Source: a virus
Taxonomy: Duplodnaviria > Caudoviricetes
Virus record (IMG/VR): IMGVR_UViG_3300033148_005414
Span: 1-62,310 of that record
Strand: one strand, 5' to 3'
Length of the DNA stretch: 62,310 nucleotides
Shown: piece by piece, positions 18,172-26,620 of the stretch
Layout of the letters: each line of letters starts with the position of its first letter
Numbering within the stretch: position 1 is the first letter of the stretch
Program-made: the position numbers and the translations under genes
Notes under the pieces: generated by a model
Seen by the model: only the letters and a program-made list of their open reading frames with translations
Databases searched by the model: none
What the model was told of the DNA's origin: nothing

Positions 18172-18591
18172 ATGAGCAGATCAGTATCAACACCAAACGG
18201 AGCGGTAGCTATTGCATACCGTGACGTTACATATATGACTGATGAAGATTCTCAATGGGAATGGGATATGTTCCAAGAGGATATTATTCAGCAACTACAA
18301 AATGCTTTCCCATCACTTGATGAGGCTGATAGTTGGATCGGACGTGAGGATCATGTAGTCCTCGAAAACAGTCATTGTCAGGTAACTATCTCAGAATATT
18401 GCGGCTTAGCTGCAATTTCATTAGTGCCTATTGAGCGAGACTGTTTCTACGCCGAGGATTTTGGCTCACAAAACTTATCCTATCATTGGTGCCAGCAAAT
18501 TGCTAAGAAATTCAACGAGTTACTGGGTGAACTACGGCATGTGGCCACCTTTAGTAATGGCGAGGCAGTATTTGAGCGTATAGCGCAATAG
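18172..18591 (+). CDS. Acidic hypothetical early protein
   Basis: ATG 18172 after GAGGTG; C-terminal TFSNGEAVFER. Confidence 0.8.
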   Translation: MSRSVSTPNGAVAIAYRDVTYMTDEDSQWEWDMFQEDIIQQLQNAFPSLDEADSWIGREDHVVLENSHCQVTISEYCGLAAISLVPIERDCFYAEDFGSQNLSYHWCQQIAKKFNELLGELRHVATFSNGEAVFERIAQ

Positions 18592-18643
18592 TCGAAACAC
18601 GCTGGGAGGCGTGTCTGCGGGATATACCCGTACTGATGAGACT
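18590..18643 (+). ncRNA. Hammerhead ribozyme, type II (HH3)
   Basis: agtc-GAAA-cacgct(ggga)ggcgtg-TC^-tgcggg(atata)cccgta-CTGATGA-gact; cleavage after C18615; overlaps the upstream TAG stop. Confidence 0.93.
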
Positions 18644-18654
18644 TGGAGAAAATT

Positions 18655-18855
18655 ATGGTATTCCATAAGCTATTTGTTACACACACCACGGGCGCAATTC
18701 GCAAGATTAGACTTAAGTTTGACACTAAACGCAGTATTGAGTCCTTGCGTTTGAGCGTCCTGTTTCCTATCGACTGGAAAATTACCTCAGTCGCATACTT
18801 AAACGCACCACGGAGGCGTAATGTCCCATATAACAATTACCATTCACACAAATAA
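18655..18855 (+). CDS. Basic hypothetical early protein
   Basis: ATG 18655 after GGAG, immediately 3' of HH3. Confidence 0.6.
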   Translation: MVFHKLFVTHTTGAIRKIRLKFDTKRSIESLRLSVLFPIDWKITSVAYLNAPRRRNVPYNNYHSHK

Positions 18856-19009
18856 TGCCGCGTTCGATGGTGATAATCATGATCATGAAGTGGCGCGTAT
18901 TTTGGCTGGACTGTCAACCGGCTGGGAACTTAAAAACGCATCGATTGCCCTTAGAGATATCAATGGCAATCGTGTTGGTGAATTTAACAGCTATATCGAT
19001 GAGGATTAA
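18821..19009 (+). CDS. Conserved small phage protein
   Basis: GGAGG RBS; NAAF...EVARIL...LRDINGNRVG motif. Confidence 0.8.
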   Translation: MSHITITIHTNNAAFDGDNHDHEVARILAGLSTGWELKNASIALRDINGNRVGEFNSYIDED

Positions 19010-19012
19010 GTT

Positions 19013-19219
19013 ATGGCAAATCAAGTGATCTTTAAACGTGCGGCATGGAAAAGAAATAAATCTTGGCCTGATGGCTGGGAGCCCTATGTTGGCCGTAAAG
19101 CTTACGTCACAACCGTTGACTCTATTGAAAAGGCTCAGCGGATCTGTAAACAACACAATGATGCACGTAAAAATCGCGGGGAAACATTCTGCGAGTTTAC
19201 CGCTGAATCAAATTATTAA
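19013..19219 (+). CDS. Hypothetical early protein
   Basis: GAGGA RBS; 68 aa. Confidence 0.7.
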   Translation: MANQVIFKRAAWKRNKSWPDGWEPYVGRKAYVTTVDSIEKAQRICKQHNDARKNRGETFCEFTAESNY

Positions 19220-19224
19220 GGAGA

Positions 19225-19407
19225 ATGTCGATGCAAATAACTAACCCAGACCGTGACATTATTATCGACTACCAGAACAACGGCGATAATATTAGGCGAG
19301 TAGCCACGTATCCCGATGGTCACTTAAAAATGACCCTTCTCGATAAAGACAAGGCTGATGAGGACGCAATCGACCTTGTAGATAATTACGACTACACATT
19401 TATTTAG
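19225..19407 (+). CDS. Acidic hypothetical early protein
   Basis: TAAGGAG RBS. Confidence 0.7.
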   Translation: MSMQITNPDRDIIIDYQNNGDNIRRVATYPDGHLKMTLLDKDKADEDAIDLVDNYDYTFI

Positions 19408-19471
19408 TTATTCAGTTAATAGGCGTCAGTAATGGCGTCTATTGTCGGACTAACTGAGAAAGGAGAATCCG

Positions 19472-19693
19472 ATGAGCGTTTTAGTAGTTACTACTATTGA
19501 GTACAGGTACTTAGAATCTCGCCAGCTTCGTATTACTTTAAATACTGGCTCCGAGATCACAGCTGAAGCTTGCCATGAAAGCTGGGAGCAGTGGGGAGGC
19601 ATACATGAAGAACTATGTTTCACTCAGTCAATTGTTGAGACCCATAACGACTGGCTTCATGGTGGCGAATTACCATTTTCTGGAGGTGAGTAA
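19472..19693 (+). CDS. Hypothetical early protein
   Basis: AAGGAG RBS. Confidence 0.7.
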   Translation: MSVLVVTTIEYRYLESRQLRITLNTGSEITAEACHESWEQWGGIHEELCFTQSIVETHNDWLHGGELPFSGGE

Positions 19694-19953
19694 TGTACGA
19701 TTATGAAGTTGAAAAAGCAGAACTGTTCACCGAGGCTGGTCAAGTAATGTTTCTAGCTATCCGTGACAAAGTACATAAGCTTTTAAAAACAGCTGGTGCA
19801 TTTAGATTGCAAGAAGCTATTGCTAATCAGAGCGGCAGTGGCTGGCAAATGTTAGCTTGTATTGACCGGCTAATTGAGTTGGGTGAGATAACAGAAATCA
19901 CCCCATCAAGCACAGCTGGCCAGTATCAAGTTTACATTGCTAGGCATAAATAA
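19693..19953 (+). CDS. Hypothetical early protein
   Basis: GGAGG RBS, TAATG coupling. Confidence 0.75.
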   Translation: MYDYEVEKAELFTEAGQVMFLAIRDKVHKLLKTAGAFRLQEAIANQSGSGWQMLACIDRLIELGEITEITPSSTAGQYQVYIARHK

Positions 19954-20039
19954 AATTATACCCCTATTAAAAATACTCATTATCAAATTGAGTATTATAA
20001 GGCCATAATTACCTTTTAGGCATTTATTAGGAGAAATAT

Positions 20040-20279
20040 ATGGCAGAACAATGCCGAGGTGAGGTTCATTTTTACGGGGATAAACAGGAGAAACTTGTCG
20101 AATTTGTTGACAGTTTTGACTTTCCACGGCGTCGGCCTGATGAGCCATTGATTGTTTTTAAAGAGCGCATCACTGAGTTGGTTGTGAGTTTAAGTCGCAC
20201 CACTGCTGGCCGTGAAATTATTGAAGTTAAGTGGATCGGGCCATTAGGCTATCACTATGGTTATGTCGATCCACGGTAA
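20040..20279 (+). CDS. Hypothetical early protein
   Basis: AGGAG RBS. Confidence 0.7.
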   Translation: MAEQCRGEVHFYGDKQEKLVEFVDSFDFPRRRPDEPLIVFKERITELVVSLSRTTAGREIIEVKWIGPLGYHYGYVDPR

Positions 20280-20335
20280 TTTAAACTAATACCGACGCTA
20301 ATTCTGGCGTCGGACACTTAAAGAGAGGTATTACT

Positions 20336-21103
20336 ATGTCTAATGTAAATTTATTACTTCACGCTGGCGGGTTTGCTGTTGATCGTGAGCAGCTAGAAAG
20401 AACTCAAACACCAGCACCCACTCAATCATGGACGCCAATTCCCCATGGCACCTTAGTTGATGAGGTTGAACGCTCATTATCGTCTGCTGGCTATCAAATT
20501 GTTGGTCAACAACATGCCTTGGCTCGCAATGATAATCGTTATTTTGGCTTATTTGAAATAACCAACGGCCATAATCACGACGATTACCATACTATCGTGG
20601 GCTTGCGTAACTCGCATGACAAATCATTCCCCGCTGGCCTTGTGGTTGGATCGGGTGTTTTCGTTTGTGACAACCTATGCTTTTCTGGTGAAATAAAGGT
20701 TGGCCGTCGGCATACCACTAATATCAACCGTGATTTAACTGGGTTAATCGACGCCGCTGTTGGCAAGGTTAATGGCTTGCGTGTTTCTCAAGACCAACGT
20801 ATTGAAAAATACAAGGCTACTGAATTAGATCAGCAATTGTCAGATCACTTGTTGATTGAATTATTACGTGCTCGTGTGGTTACTGCCACTAAGATCCCTA
20901 AGATCATTAAGTCGTTTGAGCACCCTGAGCACCCTGAGTTCAAGGCCGAAGGCTTCACTGCATGGCGTCTGTTTAATGCTGTCACTGAGAACTTGAAAGG
21001 CGGCTTAGCTGACCTACCACGTGTTGGTAACGCTTTACACGGTATCGTTGATGGCGTGTGTGGCGTAACAATTGATGCTGATTCTGGTTTAATTGTTCAC
21101 TAA
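20336..21103 (+). CDS. DUF932-family protein
   Basis: PIPHGTLV, GLRNSHDKS, VFVCDNLCF, RRHT, TAWRLFNAVTE motifs. Confidence 0.85.
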   Translation: MSNVNLLLHAGGFAVDREQLERTQTPAPTQSWTPIPHGTLVDEVERSLSSAGYQIVGQQHALARNDNRYFGLFEITNGHNHDDYHTIVGLRNSHDKSFPAGLVVGSGVFVCDNLCFSGEIKVGRRHTTNINRDLTGLIDAAVGKVNGLRVSQDQRIEKYKATELDQQLSDHLLIELLRARVVTATKIPKIIKSFEHPEHPEFKAEGFTAWRLFNAVTENLKGGLADLPRVGNALHGIVDGVCGVTIDADSGLIVH

Positions 21104-21107
21104 TTAT

Positions 21108-21132
21108 TGGGGCTTTCGGGCCCCCTTCTATT
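21108..21132 (+). terminator. GC hairpin, weak terminator candidate
   Basis: GGGGCT-TTCG-GGCCCC right after the stop; short U tract. Confidence 0.5.
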
Positions 21133-21149
21133 AAAAGAGGAGAAATATT

Positions 21150-21464
21150 GTGCGTAAGATTACATTAAAACTTAAACATGTTGGCGGGGTATACCAGCGC
21201 AATGGTGATTGTTTATTGTGCCATGATGCGTTAGGTGAATTATTTACCTTGCCAAAAGTACGCAGCACCCCAATCACTTTTATTATTAGCGACAAGGAAA
21301 CTAAAAACTCCTATAAAGTTCGGTTTGGCAAACCCAATGATTGTGATGTTTTTTATGAGGGGGAATGGCATTACAAGTGTCTTTTTGGTGATGCAGATAT
21401 TTTTATTAGCCGTCACGCCCTTAATGGTGCTACCTGCTGGGTTAACTTGTACTGGGAAGAATAA
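21150..21464 (+). CDS. Hypothetical protein (paralog of 22107..22435)
   Basis: GAGGAG RBS; shares LGELFTLPK, NSYKVRF and DCDVFY with the downstream copy. Confidence 0.75.
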   Translation: MRKITLKLKHVGGVYQRNGDCLLCHDALGELFTLPKVRSTPITFIISDKETKNSYKVRFGKPNDCDVFYEGEWHYKCLFGDADIFISRHALNGATCWVNLYWEE

Positions 21465-21470
21465 ATTAAT

Positions 21471-21489
21471 GGGCCTTCGGGCCCTTTTT
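21471..21489 (+). terminator. Intrinsic terminator
   Basis: GGGCC-TTCG-GGCCC-TTTTT. Confidence 0.75.
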
Positions 21490-21500
21490 CGGAGAAAATC

Positions 21501-22076
21501 ATGAAAGTGACAATTGATACAAATTACATGAGGGCCCTTTTTGAAGTGGTTCCTACCGAGGAGATTCGCACTTACTTAAAAGGTGTGCATTTACCTCCTG
21601 ACAGCGAACAACTAATGGCTTCCGATGGTTATAGGTTGCTTATTGTTCCGGTAAAATTAGAAGATCCGTTATTTAATGGATTAAACCATTTCTGCGAGGG
21701 CATCACTTTTAAATTGCCTGCAAGAAAACCTTTAAAGTCTGATAAGTATATAACTATCGAAACTGGACGCAATCCTGAGCGTTATGAAGAAATGACGTGG
21801 ACTTATTACGGTAAAAACAGCATGGTGCGCGAACAATGTATTTGCCATATTCAGGTTGGTAAGTTTCCTGATACTGATTTTATTGTTAATGGATATAGCA
21901 ACGCCAAACTGCCATCTATAGGCTTCAACCCAGCTTACTTGTTAGATGTTTATGCCGCCCTTGGTTATTTTGGGGGAGTCAGACTGCTAATGGGCTGTGA
22001 TAAACATTCTGCAATTAAAGTGGATTTTGGCAAGCAAACTAAAGCCAAATACTACTTAATGCCGATGCACTTATAA
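21501..22076 (+). CDS. Beta-clamp (DnaN)-domain-like phage protein
   Basis: RTYLKGVHL, LMASDGYRLL, GKFPD, IGFNPAYL and terminal LMPMHL mirror the DnaN central/C-terminal motifs. Confidence 0.7.
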   Translation: MKVTIDTNYMRALFEVVPTEEIRTYLKGVHLPPDSEQLMASDGYRLLIVPVKLEDPLFNGLNHFCEGITFKLPARKPLKSDKYITIETGRNPERYEEMTWTYYGKNSMVREQCICHIQVGKFPDTDFIVNGYSNAKLPSIGFNPAYLLDVYAALGYFGGVRLLMGCDKHSAIKVDFGKQTKAKYYLMPMHL

Positions 22077-22106
22077 TTTTTTAACTAAAAGAGAAGGAGA
22101 AGTAAA

Positions 22107-22435
22107 ATGAGTAAAATTGAAATAAAACTAAAGCACCGCCGCACCGCATTTGGTGAGGATTATTTCACGCCATTTGGTAATAAAGTGGCGTTAATATGCC
22201 GTGAAATTTTAGGTGAACTGTTCACTTTACCTAAAAAACAAAGTCGATTACCCTTGTTGTGAGCTCAGAAGAAACGCCTAATTCATATAAGGTTCGCTTT
22301 GAAAACACTGATTGCGACGTTTTCTATGGAAATAAATGGCAGCGTGAATGCCTAACGGATCACGCTTACCAAGAAATTTGTAAACGTGGCTTGGAAGGTA
22401 AAACTGTCTGGGTATCTTTTTACTGGTACGAATAA
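22107..22435 (+). pseudogene. Frameshifted paralog of 21150..21464
   Basis: ATG 22107 after AAGGAG. Homology continues in the -1 frame after the A6 run at 22233-22238; one extra A restores a 109-aa ORF. Confidence 0.8.
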
Positions 22436-22475
22436 CTTAACCTGCGCCAAGGATGGTGCTAATTAGGAGAATACT

Positions 22476-22793
22476 ATGGAGCCTGAAAAGTTAAAAATTA
22501 TAGCAGAAGGGATGGGGAAAGATGTAAGAATATGCGACTACCCACCGGCATTTAAAGGTAAGGTATTACTATGGGAAAACCACAAAGAATTTGTTTATAC
22601 CCCCCTCACAAACAACGACCAGATGGTTGAGATAATGGAGAAGTTGAAAACTAATTTAATAAATTATAGCTCTGATGGATGGGAGTGTTATACCAACCCA
22701 ATAGACCCCGCTACTCGGTTTAAAGGCAAGTCAGTCAACGAAGCCGTATGCAATGCTGCTTATGAATATTTCAAAAAAGGAGAAGGGGAGTGA
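22476..22793 (+). CDS. Hypothetical protein
   Basis: AGGAG RBS; 105 aa. Confidence 0.7.
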   Translation: MEPEKLKIIAEGMGKDVRICDYPPAFKGKVLLWENHKEFVYTPLTNNDQMVEIMEKLKTNLINYSSDGWECYTNPIDPATRFKGKSVNEAVCNAAYEYFKKGEGE

Positions 22794-22854
22794 AAATATC
22801 TTATATTATTTTAATGGTATTATTTGTTGTTGGCGCGTCCGAGTGGGTTCCGTT

Positions 22855-23760
22855 TTAAAATTCCCACCCTTTTAAAATACCGCTCATGTTTTTCTTGATT
22901 TCATTATATTTTTTGGAATCGATAACGACCAACTTAACGTCTGGATAATATTTCGCCATACGCTTAAGTTTGGTTTTACTTTTATCATCCATCCACCCTT
23001 TCACTTCATGGTAAATGATCCCAGATTTACCGTGTATCTTAAAGTCTGGCAAATATGACCGGACGCCACGCTTGATTTGCTCAAACCAGAATGTATCAGG
23101 CTCAAATTCCCAATCAATTATAAATTCTTTTTCTTTTAGGAAATCAAGATACAATGCGTAGTTAAATTCCCAACGACTACGAAAATAGTATCGCTTACCT
23201 TTTATCTCCCTCCAGCCTGACTTCCATGTTGTTTTACGCCTGTTTTTTGGGTGAAGCGTGCCATTTTTCAACCTTGTCTTACATCTAGTTAAGATTGCAG
23301 TATTTTTTTCTTCCTCTGACAAATCATCCCAATATTTTTTTGATTTTACGCCTAGTTTTTTTCGGGTTTCAGGTGAATGTTTTTTACCTTTATAACCTTT
23401 CGGGTGCTCGTTTAACTCCCATTTTTTCTTTGGATCTTTCTTTAATCCAAGATTTGAGCGCCACTGCTCAACACTACCAACAGATATATTAAACATAAAA
23501 GCTAAATCTTTGTCTGGGAGTTGGTCATGTAGTTTAATGAATTCGTCTTTACTCTTCTGAAAATTTGGAGATCCGTTAAATACTCTGACTTTTGTTAAAC
23601 CAAGTTTTTTACTCCATCTGCTAACGGAGATTGTAGCCACCCCAAAGTGTTCAGCTAAATCATCGTCGGTCATAGTATTATATAGGTTGATGAATTCGTC
23701 TTTTATGCCATCAAGCATCGATGTAGTTCTTGGCTTACCTTTCTTCCATGATCCTGACAT
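22855..23760 (-). CDS. PD-(D/E)XK endonuclease with N-terminal HTH repeats and NUMOD3-like motif
   Basis: FRSRWE, WEFEP, YLPDF, EVKGW catalytic pattern; KGKKHSPETRKKL. Confidence 0.8.
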   Translation of the reverse strand: MSGSWKKGKPRTTSMLDGIKDEFINLYNTMTDDDLAEHFGVATISVSRWSKKLGLTKVRVFNGSPNFQKSKDEFIKLHDQLPDKDLAFMFNISVGSVEQWRSNLGLKKDPKKKWELNEHPKGYKGKKHSPETRKKLGVKSKKYWDDLSEEEKNTAILTRCKTRLKNGTLHPKNRRKTTWKSGWREIKGKRYYFRSRWEFNYALYLDFLKEKEFIIDWEFEPDTFWFEQIKRGVRSYLPDFKIHGKSGIIYHEVKGWMDDKSKTKLKRMAKYYPDVKLVVIDSKKYNEIKKNMSGILKGWEF

Positions 23761-23783
23761 AGCTCTTTACTCGGTAGATAATG

Positions 23784-23981
23784 TTATCTTAGTGTATCAA
23801 TGTTTTTAGTCGGTGTCTCAATATAATCGAGGGTTCCACATAGATGTAAAACCCAACTGCTCAACACTAGAATTACAAAAATTAAAATCCTATCCCAGCT
23901 TGGGGATAAGAACATTATATCTGATGCTGGTAACGCACATAAGAATGCAAATGTGGATACTGCGTTACAGATTGGCTTCAT
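23784..23981 (-). CDS. Small membrane protein
   Basis: Hydrophobic 65 aa, coupled to the thyA stop. Confidence 0.5.
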   Translation of the reverse strand: MKPICNAVSTFAFLCALPASDIMFLSPSWDRILIFVILVLSSWVLHLCGTLDYIETPTKNIDTLR

Positions 23982-24829
23982 ACACTAAATGGGTACTTAA
24001 TTGCTGGGTGGTGCTCGTACCCAATCAATTCAAAATCATCCAGAGTTACCCAAGTCAGCAGGTCATCCAAGGTTTGGATGTCTGGATTAATCTCTAAAGT
24101 TGGTAAAGGGAATGGTTTTCGCATAAGCTGCGTTCCCATCATTAAACCTAACTGATCCTCATAAATATGAGCATTAACAATCTTGTGGAATGCTTTACCT
24201 GCCTTTAAACCGGTGATCTGCGCCATAATCATGAGCAGCCACGCAACCTGTATCTGATTAAATCCATGGCCGAGTGGTAAATCATCGCTGCGCTGGTAGC
24301 TTGTGAGGTATAACACCCCCTCAAGAACACTAAATGTGTGAGTGTGCATACATGAGGCTAAACATGCCCGACTTATCTCAGCTGGATTCCAAAACGTAAG
24401 GATTTCCCTGCGATCATCGTTACCTGACTTTAAGCTGTTGTAAACCTTAACTAGCTGGTCAAATGGTTGTCCGTCACGATCCATAAACCTGCGACCCTGA
24501 GCACCATAACATTCACCCATATCATCCTCACCTTTACGGTAAGGGTTATTCAGCCATGCTTCATTTTCATTGGCGTTAGCATCCCAAGTCTTACATCCAA
24601 GCTCCCTAAACTGAGCTGCGCTGGTGTAGCCACGTAAATACCCCAGCATTTCGGCAATTGCCTGCTTCCAGTATGCTTTTTTTGTAGTCAGTATTGGCAA
24701 AAGCCCTTCACTGACATCATAAGTAAGATCGGCATTAATTACAGTTAAGCACTTTTTACCGGTGCGTTTATTAGTGACCCAAACACCTTCTTTTATTACT
24801 CGAGTGCATAAAGCTAAATATTCTTTCAT
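23978..24829 (-). CDS. thyA: Thymidylate synthase (283 aa)
   Basis: [20 protein letters not shown] catalytic Cys, [26 protein letters not shown]. Confidence 0.96.
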   Translation of the reverse strand: MKEYLALCTRVIKEGVWVTNKRTGKKCLTVINADLTYDVSEGLLPILTTKKAYWKQAIAEMLGYLRGYTSAAQFRELGCKTWDANANENEAWLNNPYRKGEDDMGECYGAQGRRFMDRDGQPFDQLVKVYNSLKSGNDDRREILTFWNPAEISRACLASCMHTHTFSVLEGVLYLTSYQRSDDLPLGHGFNQIQVAWLLMIMAQITGLKAGKAFHKIVNAHIYEDQLGLMMGTQLMRKPFPLPTLEINPDIQTLDDLLTWVTLDDFELIGYEHHPAIKYPFSV

Positions 24830-25023
24830 TAATACTTCTCCCAAAGACTACTTAAAAACTTATACTGGCCATCTGACATAAATTTATTCTCAACAATATA
24901 GTGCTGTTTCATATTGGCAATAAATTTATTTTCATAATCATTCAGATTGCGAGTCTGGCCAGAGAGATTGTTAATAACGTAAGTAACGCTCTCTCTGGTT
25001 AGCTCAAATGAATAATTTGCCAC
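24829..25023 (-). CDS. Hypothetical protein
   Basis: TAATG-coupled to thyA. Confidence 0.65.
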   Translation of the reverse strand: MANYSFELTRESVTYVINNLSGQTRNLNDYENKFIANMKQHYIVENKFMSDGQYKFLSSLWEKY

Positions 25024-25025
25024 TG

Positions 25026-25448
25026 TTATTCCTGCATTTTACCAACAAGGTTAAGTAAGCCAGCTTTTACTGGATCGTAAACTATATCTAAAACTAGATT
25101 AGTCAACGCTTTGTTTTCAGACACCGCTTTCATTGCGTTCAATGGATTAGGCGTAAAACCGGCTTTCCCCACAGTATTTGTGCCACGGATATGAACATCA
25201 TAACCTTCCCCAGTATCTTCAACTTTGTAAGCTAGCGCAGCAAACATCGGGATATTTTTCGCTTTACATGCTTCAAACAGCTGTTTAAGTATGACGTTTA
25301 TTTCGCCGCCATCTTCCAGTATTGACGCCGTTTCATCGAAGAACGGGATTTCACACTTAGTTTTTTCTGTTGCGGTAACGTCTTCAGCCGCTTTTTGGCC
25401 TTCGGGATTATTATTTTCCGCTTCTGGTGTTTCATTTGCTTCTGGCAT
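25026..25448 (-). CDS. Hypothetical protein
   Basis: GAGG RBS; 140 aa. Confidence 0.75.
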   Translation of the reverse strand: MPEANETPEAENNNPEGQKAAEDVTATEKTKCEIPFFDETASILEDGGEINVILKQLFEACKAKNIPMFAALAYKVEDTGEGYDVHIRGTNTVGKAGFTPNPLNAMKAVSENKALTNLVLDIVYDPVKAGLLNLVGKMQE

Positions 25449-25491
25449 TGGTATTTCCTCTCTTTAATTAACTGATTCCGTCAGTCACGGT

Positions 25492-25743
25492 TTATTCTTT
25501 CTCCAAAAAACTTTCACCGAGGGCTGTTAATATTTTAGGATCTCCAGACTTAGCATCAATTAAAAATCCACCTCTAACTACAATATGGTATGCGGTATGA
25601 CCAGACCAATAGCCATCAACTTGATTTTTGAGGGTTTTAGCGATTAGCTCACGTTTTTTTGTTACGCTTTTATTAGTGGACTCTCCAAAATTTGTGCCTT
25701 CAAAAAGCTTGTTAATATATTCATCAGTAATGTCAATATTCAC
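25492..25743 (-). CDS. Hypothetical protein
   Basis: FEGTNFG motif; coupled to the methyltransferase. Confidence 0.7.
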   Translation of the reverse strand: MNIDITDEYINKLFEGTNFGESTNKSVTKKRELIAKTLKNQVDGYWSGHTAYHIVVRGGFLIDAKSGDPKILTALGESFLEKE

Positions 25744-26297
25744 AACTCGGCCTTCATTGTCATTAACTCAGGAACACCATCATTACCTTCTGGCGTCCAG
25801 ACAGCAACGATAGTGTCAAAATCAGGGGAGCCGGTTGTCTTCCCTTCGTACATATAACTAACCCTGCCTTCGACGATTATTAAGTACGTGGCTCGCATCA
25901 CATAGTCGTGAAACCATTTTGTTCCTGTTGAGGCGGGGACTATTCCAACTACGGTTGCCCCTTTTAGAGACTCAACCCATGCTTTTTGAACCCAGTCCTC
26001 AGTGCCTGCAATATCTTTATCGATATGGTGGCCCCGTTCCTCACAGCGCTTTTTCTTACAGCTTTTCTTACACGCTTTTTCATGGCGGCCAAAGGGTGGA
26101 TTCATGAAGACATAATTCCGGCCCCAATTAAGGGCTAACCCATCATCCTCTTCTGTAAAGAATAATTTACACTTAGCTGTTGATGGCTCAGCACACGGAT
26201 CTAATGTAAATGGTCCAAATGTCGCATTTAGCCGGTCAAAAAATGGCTGTGGTGTGCCATATTTACGTTTATCGATGCTGACTGTTCTTTCTCTCAC
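25740..26297 (-). CDS. dam: Phage DNA N-6-adenine methyltransferase
   Basis: TPQPFF, FTLDPCA, DGLALNW, catalytic NPPF, PASTGTKWFHDYV, GRV. Confidence 0.88.
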   Translation of the reverse strand: MRERTVSIDKRKYGTPQPFFDRLNATFGPFTLDPCAEPSTAKCKLFFTEEDDGLALNWGRNYVFMNPPFGRHEKACKKSCKKKRCEERGHHIDKDIAGTEDWVQKAWVESLKGATVVGIVPASTGTKWFHDYVMRATYLIIVEGRVSYMYEGKTTGSPDFDTIVAVWTPEGNDGVPELMTMKAEL

Positions 26298-26620
26298 TTG
26301 CTTTCTCCTAACTCCATTAAGGCTTCCAATAAAGCTACGGTGGCGGGATGGCGATTTACAAGATTCCCAACCTCTTTATCATGTATGTATTCATGTAAAT
26401 CGAAATTAATATGAGCTTTAGCCGCCTCAGTAACCTTCTCAAGTTTAGCGGTATACTCAAGCGCTTTTTCAGCTATATCTGTGATGTTTACAGAAAAGAA
26501 TCCTTCGTTCCCATTCTCATCCTCGCCCATAATTTCAATTTCATTTGACTCAATATCATCACCATCTTGGCAAGATAATTCTGTCAAATACCATTTAATT
26601 ATTTCGCTGTTTTCGCTCAT
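26294..26620 (-). CDS. Acidic hypothetical protein
   Basis: GGAG RBS; coupled. Confidence 0.7.
   Translation of the reverse strand: MSENSEIIKWYLTELSCQDGDDIESNEIEIMGEDENGNEGFFSVNITDIAEKALEYTAKLEKVTEAAKAHINFDLHEYIHDKEVGNLVNRHPATVALLEALMELGESK

Noticed and set aside
17940-20150. Other CTGATGA hits (~17946, ~18238, ~19355, ~20137)
   Set aside because: They lie inside ORFs as ordinary codons, without the GAAA core or flanking stems
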